Source of the DNA: a bacterium
GTDB taxonomy: Bacteria; Fidelibacterota; Fidelibacteria; Fidelibacterales; Fidelibacteraceae
NCBI GenBank assembly: GCA_963676395.1
Contig: OY781066.1
Span: forward strand, 1,408,001 to 1,472,000
DNA length: 64,000 nucleotides
Direction: 5' to 3'
The notes under the pieces were generated by a model. It was not told where the DNA came from and searched no databases. It worked only from the letters and a program-made list of their open reading frames with translations. Positions 57,927-64,000 of this stretch are shown here, piece by piece; within the stretch, counting starts at the first letter, position 1; each line of letters opens with the position of its first letter. A program made the translations under genes and the position numbers.

Positions 57927-59100
57927 GACATTTGTTGAAATTGATCATACACATGTCAATAAGAAACAACAACTTCTTTGTGGTGATGCTTTCATGTCTA
58001 AAAAATTGAAAGCAGATCAACGCGTGATCACAGTGCTTTCCGATGGATTGGGTTCCGGTGTAAAAGCAAATGTTTTATCGACTATGACGGCAACGATGGT
58101 TTTGAATTATTTGAGCAAGAATTATGATCTAAAGAAAACCGCAAAAGCCATTATGCAAACTTTGCCTGTATGTTCTGTCCGTAAAATTTCTTATGCAACT
58201 TTCAGTATTGCAGATATTGATCATGAGGGGAACGTAAATCTGATCGAATACGGAAATCCCCCAGCTTTAATTTTTCGGGATGGCGAAAGAATTGAGCCTG
58301 AGCGTCAGCTATATGAATTGGTAAAAACCGATCAACTCCATGACAAAATGTATTTCTCTCAGTTTAAAGCTGAGCTGAATGATAAAATAATTCTAATGTC
58401 CGATGGCGTGTCCCAAAGCGGTCTTGGCCCAAAGCTTTATCCTTTCGGTTGGGGTGAAAATAATGTGGGTGCCTATGTGGGTGATATTCTTTCGAAGCAC
58501 CCTTCTGTTTCTGCAAGATATTTATCGCGCCTTATCACCGACAAGGCACTTGAGAATGATAATAGCACTCCTTATGATGACATATCCTGTGGTGTGATCT
58601 CTTTTCGGGAACCGCGAGAAACTTTATTAATATCCGGTCCACCCATTCATCGCGAAAATGATGTAGAGATGGGGCAGATATTTAAAGATTTTAAAGGCAA
58701 GAAAGTGATTTGCGGCGGGACCACAGCCAATATTATTGCACGCGAAACTAATGAGAATATTTCAGTAGAATTAAAGATATATGATAAAGAGATCCCGACT
58801 GTTTCCAAAATGAAGGGTGCCGATCTTATCACGGAAGGAAGCATTACTCTGGGTAAGGTGCTTGAGATTTTAGAAAATGGAATTTCACCGGAAGTACTTC
58901 CTCCTCACGGAGCGGCTCAATTGGTAGATTTTTTATTAAATTCCGACAAAATACATTTTTTGATAGGGACCAAGATTAATGAAGCGCATCAAGATCCAAA
59001 TGTACCTGTTGAGCTTGAAATTAGGCGTTCATTAATCAAGCAGATCATGAGACAATTAGAAGAAAAGTATTTAAAAGAAACGAGTTTGAAATTTATTTAG
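57913..59100 (+). CDS. SpoIIE/PP2C family phosphatase (HfsC-like)
   Basis: LSDGLGSGVKAN, YATF, MSDGV, DDIS, CGGTTA. Confidence 0.9.
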   Translation: MKASKTFVEIDHTHVNKKQQLLCGDAFMSKKLKADQRVITVLSDGLGSGVKANVLSTMTATMVLNYLSKNYDLKKTAKAIMQTLPVCSVRKISYATFSIADIDHEGNVNLIEYGNPPALIFRDGERIEPERQLYELVKTDQLHDKMYFSQFKAELNDKIILMSDGVSQSGLGPKLYPFGWGENNVGAYVGDILSKHPSVSARYLSRLITDKALENDNSTPYDDISCGVISFREPRETLLISGPPIHRENDVEMGQIFKDFKGKKVICGGTTANIIARETNENISVELKIYDKEIPTVSKMKGADLITEGSITLGKVLEILENGISPEVLPPHGAAQLVDFLLNSDKIHFLIGTKINEAHQDPNVPVELEIRRSLIKQIMRQLEEKYLKETSLKFI

Positions 59101-59111
59101 AGGTAGTATAT

Positions 59112-59360
59112 ATGTCCGAAGAAATTAAAATCATTATTTGTACCGGCACTCATTGTTTTGTCATGGGTGGTTCGGATCTTTTACTTTTGGAAGACCATAT
59201 TCCCGAAGAATTAAAGGATAAGGTCAGTATCGAAGGTTCTTCTTGTTTGAACTACTGTGAGGACAGAACAAAGGGTAAAGCTCCATTTGTCAGGATCAAT
59301 GGCAATTTGATGGAGCAGGCAACAATCCCGAAGATTCTCAAATATATTGAAACTTTATAA
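59112..59360 (+). CDS. Thioredoxin-like [2Fe-2S] ferredoxin
   Basis: ICTGTHCFVMG, CLNYC, APFV. Confidence 0.85.
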   Translation: MSEEIKIIICTGTHCFVMGGSDLLLLEDHIPEELKDKVSIEGSSCLNYCEDRTKGKAPFVRINGNLMEQATIPKILKYIETL

Positions 59361-59375
59361 GTTTGAGGACGAGAG

Positions 59376-60788
59376 ATGAATTACGTTAATAATGCAACAT
59401 TAATACGAAGAGAATTGCTGGCAAAGCTTTCCGGATTACTATTAAAGAAAGATTTTTCAGCAATAGATAGAGTTCCTCTGGAAATGTTTCCCAAGAATTC
59501 TCAGTCTGTGCGTTGTTGTATTTATAAAGATCGAGCGATGATTCGCTATCGATTAATGGCTTTGTTGGGTTACGGATTGGAAAATGAGGAAGACGAGCTA
59601 AAACGACTAGAGACATATGCCGAAGAAGCTCAGGAACGTAAAAAACCAGAAGCGCCATTTTTAACGGTTATAGATGAAGCTTGTTCTTCATGTGTGAAAG
59701 TGAATTATGTAGTAACCGATGCCTGTCAGGGTTGTGTTGCTCGTCCATGTATGATGAACTGTCCTAAAGACGCCATTGAATTTATAAACGGTAAGGCACA
59801 TATCAAGCATGATACCTGTATCAATTGTGGTATCTGTTTGAAGGAATGTCCTTATCATGCAATTATATATATGCCGGTGCCTTGTGAAGAGGCCTGTCCT
59901 GTTGATGCGATCAGTAAGGATCAATTTGGCAAAGAAAAGATCGATTTTACTAAATGTATTTATTGTGGTAAATGTATGAGATCATGTCCCTTTGGTGCCA
60001 TTATGGAACGCTCACAGGTTACCGACTTAATAAAGCATTTACTTTCTGATAAGAAGACCGTTGCGATGGTAGCTCCTTCGATCGTTGGTCAATTTTCGGC
60101 ATCTTTGGGTCAAATGGTTAGTGCTTTGAAACAACTTGGCTTTGATGAAGTTCTTGAGGTTGCCGAGGGGGCGGAAGTTACCACAAAGAAAGAAACGGCA
60201 GAGTGGGTAGAGCGCATGGAAGACGGTAAATCTTTTATGACAACATCTTGTTGCCCTGCTTGGGTAGAAACTGTCGAAAAACATTTGCCTGAGCTTAAGC
60301 TATATATGTCAGATACACGCTCTCCTATGCGATATACGGGTGAAATAGCTCGCAAGGTATGTCATGGTGCGGTAAATGTATTTATTGGCCCCTGTATCGC
60401 TAAACGTCAAGAAGCCTTCAAAGATGATACGGTTGATCTGGTTATGTCAATTGAGGAGCTTGGTGCGTTATTTATAGCAGCAAAGATCGACGTTCAGAAA
60501 ATGGAAGAAAGTCAATTGAAAGATATTTCTCCGGAAAGTCGCGGTTATGCTATGAGTGGTGGAGTTGCCAATGCAGTTGCCACCGAAGCAAAAAGCGATG
60601 ATTTGAATGTTTATCAAATAGATGGATTAAGTAAACAAAGTATAAAAGAAATAAAACGATTTCCTAAAAAATGCCCCGGTAATTTTGTAGAGGTTATGTC
60701 TTGTGAAGGTGGTTGTATCGCCGGACCAAGTGTGATCTCGAATCCTAAGTTGGCATCACGTCAGTTAAATAAAATGCTGGGACGTTAA
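59376..60788 (+). CDS. Monomeric [FeFe]-hydrogenase (group B / HfsD-like)
   Basis: RCCIYK, several 4Fe-4S motifs, TSCCPAW, GPCIAKRQE, EVMSCEGGCIAG. Confidence 0.9.
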   Translation: MNYVNNATLIRRELLAKLSGLLLKKDFSAIDRVPLEMFPKNSQSVRCCIYKDRAMIRYRLMALLGYGLENEEDELKRLETYAEEAQERKKPEAPFLTVIDEACSSCVKVNYVVTDACQGCVARPCMMNCPKDAIEFINGKAHIKHDTCINCGICLKECPYHAIIYMPVPCEEACPVDAISKDQFGKEKIDFTKCIYCGKCMRSCPFGAIMERSQVTDLIKHLLSDKKTVAMVAPSIVGQFSASLGQMVSALKQLGFDEVLEVAEGAEVTTKKETAEWVERMEDGKSFMTTSCCPAWVETVEKHLPELKLYMSDTRSPMRYTGEIARKVCHGAVNVFIGPCIAKRQEAFKDDTVDLVMSIEELGALFIAAKIDVQKMEESQLKDISPESRGYAMSGGVANAVATEAKSDDLNVYQIDGLSKQSIKEIKRFPKKCPGNFVEVMSCEGGCIAGPSVISNPKLASRQLNKMLGR

Positions 60789-60815
60789 ACACGCACTTCA
60801 TATCCTTTTCATACA

Positions 60816-60846
60816 GGAGCCCTTTATGTTAACCATAAGGGGCTCT
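60816..60846. terminator. Hairpin between convergent genes
   Basis: GGAGCCCTTTATG-ttaac-CATAAGGGGCTCT. Confidence 0.75.
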
Positions 60847-60849
60847 GTC

Positions 60850-62994
60850 TCATTTCTTTAGATATTTATCAATACATTGAAGAAGTATTTCTTCATTAAT
60901 AGGTTTTGAAATAAAATCATCACATCCGGACGTTAAAGCCTTTTCTTTGTCTTCAGAAAACGCATGTGCCGTAAGTGCAATAATAGGGATATTAAATCCG
61001 GCATTTCTGATTTTTGTACTTGCTTCCAATCCGTTCATTTTTGGCATTTTTATATCCATGAGTATGAGATCGATGTTTATACCGTTATTGTTAACAACAT
61101 CAATAGCATCTTGTCCATTTTTCGCTCTAATTAGATTAATTCCTTTCGGTTTAAGCAACTCTGAAATGTAGAGATAATTAATATCTTCATCTTCTGCTAT
61201 TAATATGCTTACTTCATTGTAATCGTTTTTTTTATTTTTAAGTATAGATTCTTTTTTGTTCAATTTTATTACAGGCTCGTATGGAAGTGTAAAATAGAAT
61301 GTCGAACCTTTATTAAGTTCTGATTCTACCCAGATTTTGCCTTTCATGATCGTGATTAAACCTTTACAGATTGCCAGGCCTAAGCCCGTGCCACTGTGTT
61401 GATTGCTTTCAATGTCTGCTTGTTGGAAGCGGTCAAATATGCTTTCGTGAAATTCATCCTTTATTCCTATTCCGGAATCACGTACTGAAAACAGAAGTTG
61501 TTTTTTCTTTTTTAAACAAGATATTTCAATACTTCCGCTGTCGGTAAATTTAATAGCATTGCTTAGTAAATTATTTATGATCTGTTGTAATTTGTGTTTA
61601 TCGGCAATAATGGTTTCCTGTACCAGATCTGATTTTTCAGCTTTTAGCTTCAATCCTTTATTTTCAGCTTGAAGTGAGTATAATGACATGATTTCTTTGC
61701 AGAAATCTTGCATGTTTATTTCTTCTTCATGCAATTTAATTTCGTTTGCTTCGATCTTGGCTATATCTAGGATATCATTTACTAATTGTAGAAGTTGTTC
61801 ACTGCTTTTGACAATGATATTAGAAAATTGCTTCTTTTCTTCCTGGCTTCTGTTAGGATCTGTTAGCATTTTTGAAAATCCGATAATTCCGTTCATTGGT
61901 GTACGAATTTCATGGGACATATTATTTAAGAAGGCTGTTTTGAGCTTATCACTTTTTTCGGCATGTTCTTTTGCAAGAAGTAATTCATGCTCGGTATTTT
62001 TTAGGATCGTAATATCACGACCTATAACGGCAAGACCTTTTCTTTCACCGTTTTCATAAAAAAGTGGAATTTTATATATTTCATAGGTTTTATCTTGCCC
62101 CGATTCCGTAGGAACCACTTCAATACCCCGACTAAGTTTTTTATTTTTCCATGCATTTTCATCACTGACTATGCAGCGTTCAAAGGCTTCTCTATATATC
62201 GAGTGGGTATATTTAGCCAATTCTTTGTCGGTTTTTCCAACATAGTCAACACCCTCCAGAGAGAACAATTTAAGGTCTGCTTCATTAGCTAGCAACCAGC
62301 GACCCTGTCCATCCTTATAGCACACAATATCCGGTATGGAATTAATGAAAGTTAGTAAGCGATGTTCATTCTCTTCAGCATACTGAATAGCTTTAAAATA
62401 CTCAGTGTTTTGACGAATCAATTCAGCTTCAATTTTTGACTTGTCGTCAATTGTTTTAAGCAATTCAGTATAATAGCGTTTGAACCCACCGATAAAGATA
62501 ATGATAAATGATAGTAAACTCAGGCTGTGGGTAATCCACTGTGTAAAACTATGTGAAAATAAAGTAAGGTTAACTTGTGTGTTAATTCTTCCGGTGATGT
62601 ATCCTATGGCAATCAAAATAAAGCATATAAGAAATATACTGATATATAAAAGGGATAATTTTCTATTTGAAAGAATTGTTAAAAAGGAAATGGACAAGAC
62701 AATAAAAATATAAACGCCACTAAAAGCGGAAGAATATAAACCGGTTAAACCGGTTATCGCATATATAATAATTAAGCCATTAAGCTTAACATTTGTGCTA
62801 AGTTTTTTTCTAAAGATAAAAATCAAAAGAACGAGATTATATAATATTATATGGGGGATATAGATTTGTTGCCAACCAATTTCTATCCACTTGCTTAATG
62901 CAGCAAGCAAAGGCAATAGCATTAATATTGCCGATAGAGTTGTGATCCTGTTTACAATATCACTTTGTATTCTTTTTATCTTGTTGTCAGACAC
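60850..62994 (-). CDS. Hybrid sensor histidine kinase (TM-PAS-HisKA-HATPase-REC)
   Basis: N-terminal TMs, PAS, MSHEIRTPMN, NAIKFT, DSGIGI, GTGLGL, LILMDIKMP. Confidence 0.93.
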   Translation of the reverse strand: MSDNKIKRIQSDIVNRITTLSAILMLLPLLAALSKWIEIGWQQIYIPHIILYNLVLLIFIFRKKLSTNVKLNGLIIIYAITGLTGLYSSAFSGVYIFIVLSISFLTILSNRKLSLLYISIFLICFILIAIGYITGRINTQVNLTLFSHSFTQWITHSLSLLSFIIIFIGGFKRYYTELLKTIDDKSKIEAELIRQNTEYFKAIQYAEENEHRLLTFINSIPDIVCYKDGQGRWLLANEADLKLFSLEGVDYVGKTDKELAKYTHSIYREAFERCIVSDENAWKNKKLSRGIEVVPTESGQDKTYEIYKIPLFYENGERKGLAVIGRDITILKNTEHELLLAKEHAEKSDKLKTAFLNNMSHEIRTPMNGIIGFSKMLTDPNRSQEEKKQFSNIIVKSSEQLLQLVNDILDIAKIEANEIKLHEEEINMQDFCKEIMSLYSLQAENKGLKLKAEKSDLVQETIIADKHKLQQIINNLLSNAIKFTDSGSIEISCLKKKKQLLFSVRDSGIGIKDEFHESIFDRFQQADIESNQHSGTGLGLAICKGLITIMKGKIWVESELNKGSTFYFTLPYEPVIKLNKKESILKNKKNDYNEVSILIAEDEDINYLYISELLKPKGINLIRAKNGQDAIDVVNNNGINIDLILMDIKMPKMNGLEASTKIRNAGFNIPIIALTAHAFSEDKEKALTSGCDDFISKPINEEILLQCIDKYLKK

Positions 62995-63130
62995 TTGTTG
63001 AAATTAGATAAGCTTTTAATAGAAAGCAAGATGTAAAATACTCTTCACTTAATTTTAATTAAGTTAGGCGTTGTAGCAATACGTACAATATAAAATATGA
63101 ATAAACCTGTTAAAAACTTTTGAGTTTATG

Positions 63131-64000
63131 TTATAGATTGTTGAAATAATTATCTAAAAATGTTAAGCGGTTTTTAGTCCAGTAAAAAATAAATTCTTGT
63201 TCATCACTAAGATTAATTTGTGTACCCCAAATATCATTGTCTATGTCAATGATATTAGAATTATTAAGAAATGAAAAATTATTAATAAATAATGTTTTTA
63301 TGTTTTCTTCTGTGAGTGTCTCAGCCCTCAACTCAAACCATCTGCTTTTTAATCGGGCTCTAAAATTATCAGGATTTAAGGCCATTAATTTATCAAAAAG
63401 TCTATCAGAAAATAAATGGCAATGATCAATTCTGCTTCCGTCCCAATATAAACCCCATGTCGGATCTAAATCCCATGGGATAAATTGAAATTTTCCTTCA
63501 TGTTCTTTTAATAAGATAGTATTCTTACCAATACAATCATCAGCTGAAGAGACATACAAGAAAATATAAAAGTCAATGTACTCTGAAATGTTAATTGTAG
63601 ATGAAATATTTGAGCAAAAATGACTACTGTCCGATACTACAATCACATAACTTAAATTTTGTAAGGGGCCCCAATTTAACTCTCGTTCCGGATCCGGATA
63701 TATGTGTTCCCAACCATTCCATTCTGAGGTTAATGATTCGTTTTCCAGATAGGTATCAAATGTGGTAGCTCCAGCATAAAAAGAAATAGATTTGTATAAA
63801 ACACTATTATAGTTGCTTAGAGAAAAAAATTCACCATTATACTTTTCCCTAAGGCAGTATAAACCTTGATGTTCATTATTTATAAAGAGCTCTACAAATT
63901 GAGAATGGATACTTAATTTCGATTGTTGGGTTATTTCTTCCCATACCTTATAAGAAACAGTAGATCTTGAATTTGATTTGTCTTTATATACTGCATCAAG
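63131..64000 (-). CDS. CotH kinase family protein (5' end beyond the window)
   Basis: The frame is open from 64000: LDAVYKDKS...FVELFINNEHQGLYCLRE...GKN...IPWDLDPTWG...LFDKL. It is longer than the ORF-track call. Confidence 0.8.
   Translation of the reverse strand, partial: LDAVYKDKSNSRSTVSYKVWEEITQQSKLSIHSQFVELFINNEHQGLYCLREKYNGEFFSLSNYNSVLYKSISFYAGATTFDTYLENESLTSEWNGWEHIYPDPERELNWGPLQNLSYVIVVSDSSHFCSNISSTINISEYIDFYIFLYVSSADDCIGKNTILLKEHEGKFQFIPWDLDPTWGLYWDGSRIDHCHLFSDRLFDKLMALNPDNFRARLKSRWFELRAETLTEENIKTLFINNFSFLNNSNIIDIDNDIWGTQINLSDEQEFIFYWTKNRLTFLDNYFNNL

Noticed and set aside
63131..63646. Truncated CotH pseudogene
   Set aside because: The frame is open to the window edge, so the gene is only cut by the window.
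1..64000. tRNA, rRNA, prophage, integrase or defence genes
   Set aside because: None recognised by eye in the CDSs or intergenic regions. Divergent small RNAs cannot be excluded without a search.

Overview
AT-rich bacterial chromosome segment in the standard genetic code, almost entirely + strand. It probably comes from an anaerobic diderm of the FCB group outside the Bacteroidota: it has BamA/Skp, a TonB-dependent receptor, C-terminal YPNPFNP-type sorting domains and strong Shine-Dalgarno use. The taxonomy is an inference. Contents in order: (1) M18 aminopeptidase 3' end, a small exported protein with a decayed upstream paralog, a 5'-nucleotidase, a frameshifted NlpC/P60-like lipoprotein and a metallophosphoesterase-beta-propeller protein; (2) a YtrA/GntR operon with small ORFs, an ABC-2 transporter, two DUF2807 proteins, TolC, a MacA-type adaptor, an ATPase and three MacB-type permeases; (3) a secreted protein with three C1q/BclA-like repeats; (4) trhP-like U32 gene and uppS-bamA-skp-hypothetical-dxr; (5) a phosphate-related cluster (PhoB-like regulator, TonB receptor, lipoprotein, two PiT/PhoU-type transporters, membrane pyrophosphatase); (6) an AraC-GyrI regulator; (7) a NagX-like/NamZ/GHL10 glycan operon; (8) rnfCDGEAB-rseC; (9) type III glutamine synthetase; (10) rex plus an hfs-like sensory/catalytic [FeFe]-hydrogenase operon; (11) a hybrid histidine kinase and a partial CotH-family gene. 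No tRNA, rRNA, CRISPR array or intact transposase was seen. The best unexplained signals are a three-copy covarying terminator/leader motif at the phosphate genes, an AraC-type operator plus promoter and RBS inside the AraC gene, a 25-bp-period palindrome triplet upstream of glnA, and small ORFs in the YtrA operon.
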